The notes under the pieces are model-generated. The model was given only the letters and a program-made list of their open reading frames with translations. It made no database searches and had not been told where the DNA came from. Position numbers and translations under genes: made by a program. This document shows, piece by piece, positions 10,732 through 21,382 of a stretch of 64,000 bases of DNA. Source of the stretch: an uncultured Nitrospinota bacterium (GTDB taxonomy: Bacteria; Tectomicrobia; Entotheonellia; J063; CAVPRW01); the NCBI GenBank assembly GCA_963707985.1, contig CAVPRW010000024.1, forward strand, positions 32,001-96,000. Direction: 5' to 3'. How positions within the stretch are numbered: the stretch's first letter is position 1; every line of letters starts with the position of its first letter.

Positions 10732-11408
10732 ACCTCCGCATCTCGACGTAATAGGTTGTGATAGCAGTTCGTCAGGGCAACTACTGCGGCATGATTCGGG
10801 AGGCTCTGGTTGACTTGATTGATAGCCATGTCGAGTTCGAAGAGCAGCCGGCGGTGGCTATCATCTCGGACCATACTTTGTATCCAGAAGATCGACGCCA
10901 GCCTAGTGCCCCGCTTCACCGGCGTGACGTGATGCAAACTAGTCGCCGGATAAAGGACCATCTCACCGGCTGGGAGCTTGACGGCGTGCGCTCCATAGAC
11001 ATCGTCGACCACCAACTCCCCGCCATCATACTCGTCCGGTTGGCTTAGGAAGAGGGTGGCCGCCATGTCGGTGCGAACGCGAAACGGCGTTCCCATGACC
11101 GGCCGAATGGAGTTGTCGACATGCGTGCCCAGGGACATGCCGACCTCGTAGCGATTGAAGATCGGTGGGAACACTCGGCTGGGCAGTGCCGCTGAGATAA
11201 ACAAGGGGTGCCGCTCGAGCGCGGCGAGGATCATGTCCCCCAACTCACGGGCCTCTGAGCTGTCCTCAGGAAGCTGGAGATTGTTTTTGACGAGAGCGGA
11301 CTGGTGGCCGGCAGTGACGCGACCATCGACCCATTTGGCCTGCATAATTGTTTCGCGACATCGGGCGACTTGCTCGCCCGTGAGCACGTTCGGCACGTGC
11401 AGAATCAT
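10728..11408 (-). CDS. piuC: Fe(II)/2-oxoglutarate-dependent dioxygenase, PKHD-type (PiuC/YbiX)
   Basis: [41 protein letters not shown]. Confidence 0.93.
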   Translation of the reverse strand: MILHVPNVLTGEQVARCRETIMQAKWVDGRVTAGHQSALVKNNLQLPEDSSEARELGDMILAALERHPLFISAALPSRVFPPIFNRYEVGMSLGTHVDNSIRPVMGTPFRVRTDMAATLFLSQPDEYDGGELVVDDVYGAHAVKLPAGEMVLYPATSLHHVTPVKRGTRLASIFWIQSMVRDDSHRRLLFELDMAINQVNQSLPNHAAVVALTNCYHNLLRRDAEV

Positions 11409-11421
11409 GTGTGAGCCTCCT

Positions 11422-13623
11422 TTAAAAGTTGAAGAGCGCTGAGCCGATGACCGTGGTCCCCGCACCTGGGATAACATGCTGTGGGTGGACGCCGTCAAAG
11501 TAGAGCTCGTTCGTCAAGTTCAGGGCGTTCAGACGCAATTGGATATTCTTGTTGATTCGATATCCTACCGTCATATCCCAGCGCACGTAGCTGGGCACGA
11601 CGTTGGAGTTGGCGTTGTTGGCGAAGCGCTCATCCACGTAGAACACGCCGGTGCCCACCTGCCAGCGTTCGAGGAAATCATAGGTGGTCCACAGACTGAA
11701 GCTATTGTTTGGGGCGTTCGGTAAGCTGTTACCTACGACGGATACCCCGTTGACCACTTCCTTCGACTCGACGATCTCGGAGTCGAGGTAAGTGTAGCCA
11801 AGAAAGACGTTCAGGGGTGGCAGCGGGCGACCGACGATCCCAAGTTCAAACCCCTTGACGCGTTGTTTGCCCTCTAAGACCTGGAATCCGGTAATCGGAT
11901 CGGGTGTACGACCGTTAGTTTTCTCGGTCCAAAATAAGGCACCTTGCAGGCTCAACCCACCGCCGAGCAGGTCGACCTTGCCTCCAATCTCGTAGGTTTG
12001 GTTCTCCTCGGGCGGGGTGTTGACAGTAGTAGCAGCCAGCTGCAGGGCTTCGGCGGACGGGTTATAGGAATTGCTATAAGCGAAGTAATAGCTGTGCGTC
12101 GGCCAGGGATGAAACACCAGGCCGGCACGGTAACTCCACATGCTATCGTTGCTGGAGAATTTATCGTTGGTGACATGGTTTTTGAAATCGGCGTCGAAGA
12201 GGTCCCAGCGTACGCCCCCCACCAGGTCTAGTTGAGGCAGCAGTTTGATCGTATCCGAAAAATAAAAGGCCAATGAGAAGGCGGAAGTGTCGGTCGCAGC
12301 CGAGACCGACTTCGTCATGCGGGAGGAGTCTCGGAAGGGATTTGGGTTCAGCAGGGGGGTGGTGGGGATGTTGGTGAACGCATAGCGTGTGGCATCAAAG
12401 TCCTCGGTGGCGATTTCCATCCCGGTCAGCAGGGTGTGGCCAAAGCCAAAGGTCTGGAAGCGAGCCAGTAGGTCTAATTGATTTTCGAGGATGCTCTCGG
12501 TCGTGTCACGCCCCGGATGGGCCGGGGCGACAATGATTTGCGATAGCGGCGTGCCGGGTGCCGGAGTGCCACTGATCCGCGGTGGAGACACGAACGCTTG
12601 ACGGTCAACGTTGCTGTAGCGCAGCAGATTTCGCAGGCTGAGTTGGTCGTTGAAACGATGGTCAAGACGAAGCGTAGCCACATTGATCCAGGTATACTCG
12701 ACATCCTGATTGGCCAGACCGTAGAAGTTCGCTCGATCGACATCAGGAGGCTTTCCAAAGAGAAACGGCAAGCCATAGTCGGGCAAGTTGTCTTCGTGTT
12801 GCAAGAAGTAACTGATATTCAGCTGTGTCGACGTGCCCAGGCCAAACGTCACCGAAGGCGCGAAGCCAAAGCGTTTTTGTTCGACTTCGTCACGGTCGAC
12901 GACCTGGTCCAAAAACCCCATGAAATTTATCCGGAACGCGGTCGTCTCTCCGACGCGCCGATTGATGTCGCCTGTGCCCCGGGCGAGAAAGCCGTTGCCA
13001 AGACTGAGCGCGCCGTCGTAAAAATTCTCCAGACGCGGCAATTTCGAGACCTGATTGATGATGCCTCCGGTGGTCCCACGTCCGAAATAGAGAGCTGACG
13101 GTCCCTTCAGGACCTCGATAGCTTCAAGATTGAACGTGTCCCGAAAATACGATCCCTGGTCCCGCACGCCGTCGAGAAAGATATCGTTACGAGCGTTAAA
13201 TCCCCGGATCGAGAGATTGTTGCCCTGAGCGCCGCCCCCTTCCCCCGCCTGAAAACTGATCCCCGTCACATTCCGTAGCGCGTCCTGCAGGCTGAAGTCG
13301 GCCTGTTGTTGCATCAACTCCTGAGGGATAACGTTGATCGTCTGCGGAATATCTCTGACTGGATCGGGAAACCTCGACAACCCCAGGTAGGGCACGATAT
13401 ACCCGGAGCGCTGCTCTTGCACCTCCACCTCGGGGGCGGTCAGCACCTCTTTTTCCCCGGCCAGGGTGGCAGGACCCGTCAAGGCCACCGTCAAGGCGAT
13501 GGTAGGAGCCACCAACTTCTGAGGCTGTACGTGTCGTTGTTGCGTGTCCTTCTTGGTCCATCTCTTGGAGCGGGTGTCTTGGGACGTGGACCGATTATCC
13601 TGGCGGGTTCGATGTCGGCTCAT
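11422..13623 (-). CDS. TonB-dependent siderophore receptor (Fiu/PiuA-like)
   Basis: Plug DIPQTINVI...[26 protein letters not shown]-terminal F. Confidence 0.93.
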   Translation of the reverse strand: MSRHRTRQDNRSTSQDTRSKRWTKKDTQQRHVQPQKLVAPTIALTVALTGPATLAGEKEVLTAPEVEVQEQRSGYIVPYLGLSRFPDPVRDIPQTINVIPQELMQQQADFSLQDALRNVTGISFQAGEGGGAQGNNLSIRGFNARNDIFLDGVRDQGSYFRDTFNLEAIEVLKGPSALYFGRGTTGGIINQVSKLPRLENFYDGALSLGNGFLARGTGDINRRVGETTAFRINFMGFLDQVVDRDEVEQKRFGFAPSVTFGLGTSTQLNISYFLQHEDNLPDYGLPFLFGKPPDVDRANFYGLANQDVEYTWINVATLRLDHRFNDQLSLRNLLRYSNVDRQAFVSPPRISGTPAPGTPLSQIIVAPAHPGRDTTESILENQLDLLARFQTFGFGHTLLTGMEIATEDFDATRYAFTNIPTTPLLNPNPFRDSSRMTKSVSAATDTSAFSLAFYFSDTIKLLPQLDLVGGVRWDLFDADFKNHVTNDKFSSNDSMWSYRAGLVFHPWPTHSYYFAYSNSYNPSAEALQLAATTVNTPPEENQTYEIGGKVDLLGGGLSLQGALFWTEKTNGRTPDPITGFQVLEGKQRVKGFELGIVGRPLPPLNVFLGYTYLDSEIVESKEVVNGVSVVGNSLPNAPNNSFSLWTTYDFLERWQVGTGVFYVDERFANNANSNVVPSYVRWDMTVGYRINKNIQLRLNALNLTNELYFDGVHPQHVIPGAGTTVIGSALFNF

Positions 13624-13739
13624 GCAATTCCTCCAAAGGAGCTGGAATTCAACGTGCGCTGGATGGGCTGAGTCCCCTCAGGCGCTCGCTTGATATGTCA
13701 ACTGGGAACGCATGCCATACGTGATCATGATGCACGGTG

Positions 13740-15059
13740 TCAGGAGGCCTGACTCGGTGCAATATCGCGGTGTTCATCGGGTGCGGTGCTACTGGCCCGC
13801 CGATGGCGTTTGACGAATTGCCAAAAACGCCGACATGCCAAGGCCAAACCGCTGTACACCAGCACTGCACCGCCGGCCGATGCCAGAGCCGCGAGGAACT
13901 GACCGAGGATCCCGCCGGCTTCTCCAGTATGCACCGGTCGCACCCAAAATCGAATGGTACGACCAAGGTTATAGCCTGCGAATGGTTCCCACTTCAGCGC
14001 TCCAGCGGTAGTGGCATCAAGCGTCAGGGTCGACCGCGGATATGGATGCAGCGAATCCGCTTCCTCGACCATGATAGTCACCTGAGTCGCATTGCGTTGT
14101 GGCAGGCGCATCGTCATGAGTCGCCAGTGGGGCGCTTGCCGTGCGGCCATGGCGAACAGCGCGTCCAAGCTGGCGCGGGGCGGTGCAGCGGCCGCTTCAG
14201 CACCATTAATCGCATCACCCCGTCGTTCCGTGCCTCTGGCTGCATCGGCGCGGGGAAACGATCCGGCCCGACCATCGGATGTACCGCCGGCAGCCCCTGG
14301 CCTGGCGCTGCCGCGTCCAGCACCTCCCTCAGTCGCTGCACCGGCAAAGGGACGTTGCGGCGGCGGTGGTTCGCTACCGGTAAGGGTGTAGATCAGATTG
14401 CCCGCCCACTGATACGACATTACTAGACCGGTAACCGTGATGAACAGGAGTACTGGTGCCGACCAAAAACCGGTGGCATTGTGCCAGTTCCAATCGCGTG
14501 GTTTCCCACGCAGGGTCAGACTGGGGATGGTGACGGCTTTTAGCACCAGAGGCGTCCACCGGCGTGGCCACCAGAGATAGAAACCGCTCATGACCAGCAC
14601 CATAAACGCGGCATTACACGCTCCCGTGACCGCACGTCCAATCTCACGATTGTCGATATCGGTCCCGAGCCAGCGATGCCAGTCCGTCACCACGCGGAAA
14701 AAATCTCGCGTAGCCGTGACCCCGTTGCCTCGTACCGCGCCGGTATAAGGGTCGACGAAGACAATCTGCTCGCGGCCAAAATTCACTATTGTGGCCGTCA
14801 TAGGGTCGGCCGACAAGGTGATGCCCGAGGCCGTCCCTGCAGGAACCGTCTCGCGGGCTTTAGCGACCAGGGTGTCGAGACTCAGGCGCGGTGCATCGGA
14901 TGCGGGAGGTATCACCGTACGAATGTCGCCTTCGGCAAAGGTGACGATCTGTCGTTCGAATGCCAGCAGCACACCCGTTACAGACATCACCAAGATGACC
15001 ATACCAGCCACGACCCCTGCCGTCAGGTGCAGCCAGAAGATAATCTTGCGGAGTTTCAT
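13740..15059 (-). CDS. PepSY-associated TM helix protein (PiuB-like iron reductase/uptake)
   Basis: FWLHLTAG, VDPYTG, WHRWL, GFYLWWPR, WHNATGFW, HTGEAGG. Confidence 0.92.
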   Translation of the reverse strand: MKLRKIIFWLHLTAGVVAGMVILVMSVTGVLLAFERQIVTFAEGDIRTVIPPASDAPRLSLDTLVAKARETVPAGTASGITLSADPMTATIVNFGREQIVFVDPYTGAVRGNGVTATRDFFRVVTDWHRWLGTDIDNREIGRAVTGACNAAFMVLVMSGFYLWWPRRWTPLVLKAVTIPSLTLRGKPRDWNWHNATGFWSAPVLLFITVTGLVMSYQWAGNLIYTLTGSEPPPPQRPFAGAATEGGAGRGSARPGAAGGTSDGRAGSFPRADAARGTERRGDAINGAEAAAAPPRASLDALFAMAARQAPHWRLMTMRLPQRNATQVTIMVEEADSLHPYPRSTLTLDATTAGALKWEPFAGYNLGRTIRFWVRPVHTGEAGGILGQFLAALASAGGAVLVYSGLALACRRFWQFVKRHRRASSTAPDEHRDIAPSQAS

Positions 15060-15837
15060 GCGTGGCCCTCTCTCACCTCTCTGTGTCTCCCCGAACCCTT
15101 CCCCTGTGCCATCGACCCAGGGCCATGAGCCCCTGAACCGTGGGCCCCGCAGGGCTACATGGGCACTATATGAGGTTGGCTAGGCGACGCGCTACCTCAC
15201 AGCTGCTTGGGGGCGCTCACCTGGTAGCGCTCTCGGTGCGACAACCGTGCGGGCCATCGTCGCGGCTATGTCCCCAGTCCTCACTATGAGGATGTCTGGG
15301 AGGCACCTATCATGTCAGTCGTCATCTTGGCGAGAACTCCTGATCCCAACCCCGATTGATTCGGGGAGAGCCTGGCGAGGACTGCTCAAGGCCAATAAAC
15401 CACGTTGTGCGCTGCCTCCTCTCAGCGCGCCGAGCAGCAGGCTCGTCCCCGAAGGACTAAATCGCTACCACGCGTGGTAGACAATGGTGAATAGTAGAGG
15501 GTCGGCCGCCAGACGGGTGAGCGTTAGCGTTTGGCACGCGACCGGAAGCTTGATTGAACCACATAGCTGTAATTTTGCGAGTTATAGGCATCTGATGACC
15601 CACGCGCCGTCGCAGCTGACTCACCGAGCCGCGCATACGCAAAAGACGCGTTGGTCTGCATGATTCTGACATCATTAGGCCTAGGTGACGAAACAAGGGA
15701 ATCGACAATGGCTGGCTGCCTGAAGCAGGGATGGGCTTCGCGGTGGCTGGCTTGGCTGCTCGAGTCGTGGCGATGTCTAAGGTGACGGCCGCTCGCCGAC
15801 AGGGATGCTAGCAGATTCCGGCTGTCATCCTATAAAC

Positions 15838-15869
15838 ATTCGTATACCCGAATCTGTGAAGTTTGTCAA
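15838..15869 (-). promoter_or_regulatory. Promoter for the piu operon, overlapped by palindrome ATTCG-N6-CGAAT
   Basis: Minus strand TTGACA(15869-15864)-17-TATACG; palindrome at 15838-15853 covers the -10. Confidence 0.55.
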
Positions 15870-15911
15870 AACAAAATATCGCTATTCCACTGTGGAATCG
15901 CAAGTGCCCCT

Positions 15912-16487
15912 TTACCAATAGCGCCAGTACGGCCCCCAATATGCATAGGGGTATGCTCCGACGATCCACGGATTATAGTAGGCCCCGCCATACCACCACG
16001 GATTTGCGGCATACCAGAGGAGCTCAGCGGCAGCTGAAGGAAACACATGGGTTTCCTCACAAGAAATCAACGGATAGGTATAGTCCGCCTCGCCCACCTT
16101 GCCGTCATAGGTCCCCAGGACCTGCCCAGCTACGGTGATGCGTCGCTGTTGAGCATAGACGGCTGGATCAAGATATTCCTTGCACAGGGCCATGAAGCGG
16201 CCACCTGTGGTCTCGGACAGCCTTGGCGCTTCTGAGTTGCTCAACGGCCTCTGGAGGACCTCGATGCGCGTGCCGTCGCGGAGGTTGGTGGTTTGCAGGA
16301 TCTCTCCGCCTACGATGACGGTGCGGCCCTTGAGGGCTTCCGGATTCGTTCGTAGCTCGGCGAAGGCTACCGGTGGCTGGGCTTGTTGGCGCAAGGTGTC
16401 TGAAATGACATGCGTACACCCCATTCCCGTGAGCGCCAGGCAGCCAATGAGCATCCATAGACAGACCCGACACGCTTGTACGTCCAT
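15912..16487 (-). CDS. Slp family outer-membrane lipoprotein
   Basis: Lipobox GMGC; GGEI, IEVLQRPL, GRFMA..YLDPAVY, ITVAG, YTYPLI; RBS AGGAGG. Confidence 0.9.
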   Translation of the reverse strand: MDVQACRVCLWMLIGCLALTGMGCTHVISDTLRQQAQPPVAFAELRTNPEALKGRTVIVGGEILQTTNLRDGTRIEVLQRPLSNSEAPRLSETTGGRFMALCKEYLDPAVYAQQRRITVAGQVLGTYDGKVGEADYTYPLISCEETHVFPSAAAELLWYAANPWWYGGAYYNPWIVGAYPYAYWGPYWRYW

Positions 16488-16988
16488 TCGTTCCTCCTTT
16501 CGTATTACCAAGATACTATTTCTCCATTCCGCCTGGTACGCCTGCTCTCTTGGGAAGCGGCCAACGTTGACGCGTACGATGGCGGGATGCCTATTAGTAT
16601 ACTGCTATACATATATTCATACACTAGTATAGAGCGCAGAGCGGGTGAAATCATTCCGTCATTCACGATCAGCGATCCACTCGATTCACCCATACGATGC
16701 ATGCGAGACGTCCGCATCGGAGGCGAAAGTTATGAATGGGGGGATGATGGCCGAAGAAGTCCCGAGAGAACGCTGTACACTGTTCGCGTTTTCCCTCCCT
16801 GATGGTCGTTGTCGCGCAGCGGCAATCCTGTTTCGAGCAGTCGGATGTCACCAGGGTCGTTGAGGGCGATTTTTAGATGATCATCCCGCTGCAGTAGTGT
16901 CTTGGCAATCATCAGGAGGCTGTTCCGATGCCGCTCACTAGGGTCAGTCAACCAAGATCATTTGACTATTCAAAGACCAATAATTCTA

Positions 16989-17017
16989 TTGACAGAATTT
17001 TAGAGATTCGCTATTGT
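16989..17017 (+). promoter_or_regulatory. Sigma70-type promoter with GAAT-N7-ATTC in the spacer
   Basis: TTGACA-GAATTTTAGAGATTCGC-TATTGT. Confidence 0.6.
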
Positions 17018-17193
17018 GCAGAACACTGGCACTCAAGCGGGGGCGAGGTCTCGCAGGGCCCTCGGGTGCAGGAGTGATGGTCGGAAGGCGGCTTCTCTGA
17101 GCGAGAGCCAAGATCTCTTCGCCGCATCAAAAATATGGCTTTCGAATGGAAAGGCGGCAAACCCGAGGCGGGTGTCATCGCATTGAGGGAGTT

Positions 17194-17562
17194 ATGATCC
17201 AAGAGATGCATAGCCAGCAAATTCATACGTGGAACGCAGACAAAGGCGAGCAGGATGAGATCCTGGCGATGATTCCCCAGGAAGATGGCGATACCGCTTT
17301 GGAAGTCGCGATGACGCACAACTCCCGCAATGATGTCAGCGTTGAACTGCGTTATCTGGTGTGGGGAAGGGGTGTAGGATGGTATCGCCAGCATACACTA
17401 AGACTTAATGGCAGTGCAGCGCGAGACCTCATCCGCGCGCTGGGCATCGTGCAGCGCCGTGCGGAAGAACAACTCGACGAAAGCCTTGGCTGTAAAGTTC
17501 TCCCTTTCCCACATCCACGCGTCCCTCAGAAACCCTGCAACGACGGCCTAGAGCGAGAATGA
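17194..17562 (+). CDS. Hypothetical protein (122 aa)
   Basis: RBS GAGGGAG; protein-like sequence EILAMIP...LEV...VELRYLVWGRGVGWYRQHTLRL; no function recognised. Confidence 0.7.
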   Translation: MIQEMHSQQIHTWNADKGEQDEILAMIPQEDGDTALEVAMTHNSRNDVSVELRYLVWGRGVGWYRQHTLRLNGSAARDLIRALGIVQRRAEEQLDESLGCKVLPFPHPRVPQKPCNDGLERE

Positions 17563-17712
17563 CAGCCAATGCTTTGCTAGATCTGGTCTTTCTCTAGGAA
17601 AGAATACAGCGGGTGGCCTCGCTTTCCTTACCCGCTGTGTACTGACTTTTCCCAGCGGACCGTGGACCGTCCACGGCCCTAGCGGCGGCAATGGTGAACG
17701 AACGAGATGGCC

Positions 17713-18171
17713 TTACACGACACGCAAGTTTACTTCGGCTGCCATTGCTCCTGTCTGCACCATATTGAGGTAAAGCTCTAACTCCTCAATATCATTCTGC
17801 TCTTGCTCAATCTGATCCTCGAGCATGTTGCGCAACGCGACATCATCCTGAGCTAGTGCGAGTGCCGCCAGATACGCCCGCATTGCCTGACGCTCTAAGT
17901 CGAGATCTAGCCGCAGCATTTCTTCCACGTTCAGTGATTGTCGCACCGTCGCGCCCACCTCGACCGTTGGAACGCCGCCAAGCGCCACAATCTTCTGCCC
18001 AAATTTGCGTGCATGGTCCAAAGCGCTATGGCTCTCAGCAGAGAAGAATTCGGAAAACACTCTGCGCCAAAGGCCACGCACGAGCAGCGCATGTTGCTTG
18101 TACTGAAGCATAGCCGCATTTTCCAACGCAACCGCTTTATTCAGGGCATCGATAACTCGTAGTGGCTCCAT
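17713..18171 (-). CDS. Bacterioferritin/ferritin-like domain protein
   Basis: LNKAVALE...QY..H, HARKFGQKIVALGGVP, EMLRLDLDLE four-helix pattern. Confidence 0.85.
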   Translation of the reverse strand: MEPLRVIDALNKAVALENAAMLQYKQHALLVRGLWRRVFSEFFSAESHSALDHARKFGQKIVALGGVPTVEVGATVRQSLNVEEMLRLDLDLERQAMRAYLAALALAQDDVALRNMLEDQIEQEQNDIEELELYLNMVQTGAMAAEVNLRVV

Positions 18172-18320
18172 GCTATCCTCCGTTCCGCGATGGTGGCTGT
18201 CGATACATGCACTCTCTAGAGTATACATGGAGGTTGTCGTTGTTGCAAATGGCCGAGGCTATGACCGCCCGATGTCTCAGCTCACCTCATGCCGAGGTGG
18301 CCATCCGGGGCACCGTCTTC

Positions 18321-18953
18321 TTAAGCCCATTCAGTGACGAGGTCGTCGAGGTCTGGTCGGGATCGATCGGGCGGTCGTCCTTTGGCAGTGCCAATGTGGA
18401 TGAAGCCCGCCACTTTCTCTGTCACCTGCACGTTCAGAGCCTGCAATGCATCGGCGTCGTATGCCGCCCAGCCTGTCAGCCACACCGCAGCATAGTCGAG
18501 GGCAGTCGTCGCGGCGATCAGGTTCATGCACACGGCACCTACGGTCAGCACTTGCTCCCATTCTGGTTTTCGGGCTTTCGGGTCGGCTCGACTAATGACA
18601 GCAACCACCAAGGGTGCCTGGGTGAACAGGCGTGAAAGCTTGGCAAGGGTCCCCACGTTCGGCTCTGAGAGCTCAGGGTGCTGTGCTGCATACACAGCCG
18701 TGAGTTGTGTGCTCGCTGCCTGACGGGCCTCGCCCTGGAAGAGGATGAACCGCCAGGGCACGAGCGCGCCGTGATCCGGGACGCGACAGGCCACGGTGAG
18801 GATGCGGCGCAGCTCATCTGGAGTAGGCCCGGGTTCGCATAGCTCGACGGGCTTCACCGATCGTCGAGTCTCGAGCAGATGCAGTAGATCGGCAGGTGTG
18901 GATGTGAGTAGGTCGGGCCTGAGTGGACTGCTAATAGGTATGGTGCCAGACAT
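18321..18953 (-). CDS. Nitroreductase (YdjA-like)
   Basis: RRSV, RVPDHGALVPWRF, PEWEQ, WLTGW, GFIHIGT. Confidence 0.92.
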   Translation of the reverse strand: MSGTIPISSPLRPDLLTSTPADLLHLLETRRSVKPVELCEPGPTPDELRRILTVACRVPDHGALVPWRFILFQGEARQAASTQLTAVYAAQHPELSEPNVGTLAKLSRLFTQAPLVVAVISRADPKARKPEWEQVLTVGAVCMNLIAATTALDYAAVWLTGWAAYDADALQALNVQVTEKVAGFIHIGTAKGRPPDRSRPDLDDLVTEWA

Positions 18954-19154
18954 GGAATCCTCCCCCCTCATGACTGATTTGTCGGGTTATAATTAAGCGC
19001 GAAAATCAGTTGGCTTGACTCGTGCGAGCCAGGCTTGGACGTCCGCGTCCGATTCATTCTCGCCATGGCTCGCTGTTGAGGTTGTTCGACCGATCATCAC
19101 ATATTTGCTAGGGCTGTGCCAACCATGGGTAGCCTGCGTTGCCCCTGCATACGT

Positions 19155-20150
19155 TCATCTGAGCACAAACTTCACCGGCATTCTGAGCCACACCGCCACA
19201 GGTTGCTGACCGCGGCGTGCCGGTTCAAAACGCCACTTCCTGATCGCTTCCGCGGCGGCCAGATCGAGGTCTGGATGACCGGCGGAGGTCTCGATCTGCA
19301 CCTCTCCCACCCGGCCATTTTCCAAGACTTCAAAGAGCAGGGTCGTAGTGCCGGTGATACCCTGCCGCCGTGCGGAATCGGGATATCTTGGTAAGAGCTG
19401 ATATCCGCCTAGCGGGCGTGCCAAACTACTTACACCGCCCCCCGGTCCTTCTCCACCGGCACCAGGTCGTAGGCCTCCGACTCGGATACCGCTGCCCTCA
19501 GCACCCGAGCCGAGCCCGGCACGCCCAGGCCCGCCACTGCCCCCGCCAACGCCAGTCCCAGGGACCACAGGCAGATCTCCCCGTTCAGACAATTCGCCGG
19601 CGCCGGCCTCCCCACCCTCAATGGATTTCGCTGGCTGATCCGTCGACTGGTTCGGTGTGGATGGCCCCAGGGTATTGGCTCCGGCCGATGCAGGCCCCTC
19701 ATCGGGCATCGGCGTCAAGAGACCGGGCTTGGGCTTTTCAAAGGTTTTCGTTTCTGGTCCCGGCGGCGGGCCTGGTAGCGGACGTTTCGATGCGGGTAGG
19801 GGTTTCTGCCGAGGCTCAGAGGGTTTCGGGAGGACCTTTTCGATAGCTTTTGGCGGGGTTATGGGCTCGATTTTTGCCGGAGTCAGAGGGACCGTTGGCA
19901 CACGCGGCGGTGGCTGTGCCAGCACCACATCAGCTTGTGTCAGAACCGTTGGCGGGGTGAGCGGTTCAGCGTCCGGCACGGGCACCGGTTCCGGCGCCGG
20001 CGGCGGAACAATCACGACTTCAGCCGGGATCAGCTCTGTGCGTGTCGTGTGCAGATGCAACGATCCCCAGAGCAGCGACACCCCCAACAGACCGGTTGCA
20101 TGCACCAACAAGGAAGTCAAGAACGCAGGAGCGAGCACAGCGTGTCTCAC
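19155..20150 (-). CDS. tonB: Energy transducer TonB
   Basis: TM with SxxxH, Pro-rich linker, C-terminal PRYPDSARRQGITG...WRFEPAR. Confidence 0.93.
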   Translation of the reverse strand: MRHAVLAPAFLTSLLVHATGLLGVSLLWGSLHLHTTRTELIPAEVVIVPPPAPEPVPVPDAEPLTPPTVLTQADVVLAQPPPRVPTVPLTPAKIEPITPPKAIEKVLPKPSEPRQKPLPASKRPLPGPPPGPETKTFEKPKPGLLTPMPDEGPASAGANTLGPSTPNQSTDQPAKSIEGGEAGAGELSERGDLPVVPGTGVGGGSGGPGRAGLGSGAEGSGIRVGGLRPGAGGEGPGGGVSSLARPLGGYQLLPRYPDSARRQGITGTTTLLFEVLENGRVGEVQIETSAGHPDLDLAAAEAIRKWRFEPARRGQQPVAVWLRMPVKFVLR

Positions 20151-20563
20151 GGTTGCGCCCTCCGATCAGGCCTCACCGCGATCGCCAGACGGGAGACTCC
20201 GGCCAGTCTCACTTCATCCATCACTGAGACAATGGCCCCGTGCAACGCGTGATCGTCAGCGTTGATGATCACCACCAACTCCGGTTCCTTCTCCACACTG
20301 GCCTTCACCTGCTGGCCGAGCTGCTCCAGCGTGGTCGGCTCCTTGTTGAGGAAAAGGGTTCCATCCTGCATCACAGTGACATTGAAGCTCTCCCGCAAAT
20401 CCTTCTGGGATGAGGCCGCCTTGGGAAGGTTGACCGGGAGCCCGCGGTTGATCGTCATGGCTAAGGTCGAAACCATAAAGAACACCAGCAGAAAGAAGAT
20501 GATGTCGATCATCGGGATGATCTCGATCCGCGCCTTCTCCATCTGCTGCCTGGGTACTCGCAT
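20147..20563 (-). CDS. exbD: ExbD/TolR
   Basis: IEIIPMIDIIFFLLVFFMV, VNLPKA, INAD. Confidence 0.93.
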   Translation of the reverse strand: MRVPRQQMEKARIEIIPMIDIIFFLLVFFMVSTLAMTINRGLPVNLPKAASSQKDLRESFNVTVMQDGTLFLNKEPTTLEQLGQQVKASVEKEPELVVIINADDHALHGAIVSVMDEVRLAGVSRLAIAVRPDRRAQP

Positions 20564-20565
20564 GG

Positions 20566-21201
20566 TTAGTCCTCCCGCTTGCCCAGGAGCAGCTCCAGGC
20601 GCGTTGACTGCTCCTCCAGCACATCGGTCAGCCGTTCCACCTTGGACCGAAAATAGTTGTAAGGAATCAGGGTCATGATGGCGATCAGTAGACCGGTGGC
20701 GGTGGCGATAAGGGCCTCAGCAATGCCACCGGTGATGGCATGGGGCTGTCCCAGCCCAGCTTCGGAGACGATGCCGAAAGCGCTGATCATGCCCGTGATC
20801 GTGCCTAACAATCCGAGTAGGGGGGCTAACGTGATGACAGTGTCCAGGACGGGCAGATAACGACGGGCCTGGCTCACCTCTACCTGCGCGGCTGCTTGCA
20901 TGGCACTGCTGGGGGAGAGATGCTTGGCAGCGATGCCGGCTCCTAACACATGTGCGACTGGATGTCGGGACGTGCTGGCCACTTGCATGGCCTGTGGCAG
21001 ATCACCCTCGGCGACCAATGCCAGAATACCCGGCTCCTTGCTCCGGACGCGCAGCCGACGCCAGAAAAACAGGCGCTCGAGGATAACTGTCATGGCGATG
21101 ACAGAGGCTGTGAGGAGAGGGATCATCACAAGTCCCCCTCGAATCACAATCGATACGAGTGTCGTGGAGGCTTGAGTTAGCATTGGTAATAGGTCCGACA
21201 C
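20566..21201 (-). CDS. exbB: ExbB/TolQ/MotA proton channel
   Basis: APLLGLLGTITGMI, GIAEALIATATGL. Confidence 0.93.
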   Translation of the reverse strand: MSDLLPMLTQASTTLVSIVIRGGLVMIPLLTASVIAMTVILERLFFWRRLRVRSKEPGILALVAEGDLPQAMQVASTSRHPVAHVLGAGIAAKHLSPSSAMQAAAQVEVSQARRYLPVLDTVITLAPLLGLLGTITGMISAFGIVSEAGLGQPHAITGGIAEALIATATGLLIAIMTLIPYNYFRSKVERLTDVLEEQSTRLELLLGKRED

Positions 21202-21382
21202 ATCGCTCTCCTTTCTGCGGCAACTGCTGTATCAACAGTCATCGCTATATTATGCATGTCATGTACGTTAGGAGGGCCCCGGCATATGGCCCCTTGGTTT
21301 CCCGACCTACGCCTATCATCCACACGGATGCGTTTCACGTCACCGTTGCTTTTGCCCTGGTCTGTTGCGCCCCTCGTGGCTC

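Noticed and set aside
17150..17180. c-di-GMP-I riboswitch (GGCAAACCC)
   Set aside because: Lacks the GAAA tetraloop and the following GACGCAAAGC/P2 elements.
17713..17760. Encapsulin cargo-loading peptide on the ferritin-like protein
   Set aside because: The tail does not match the LxVGSL-type motif and no encapsulin gene is in the window.
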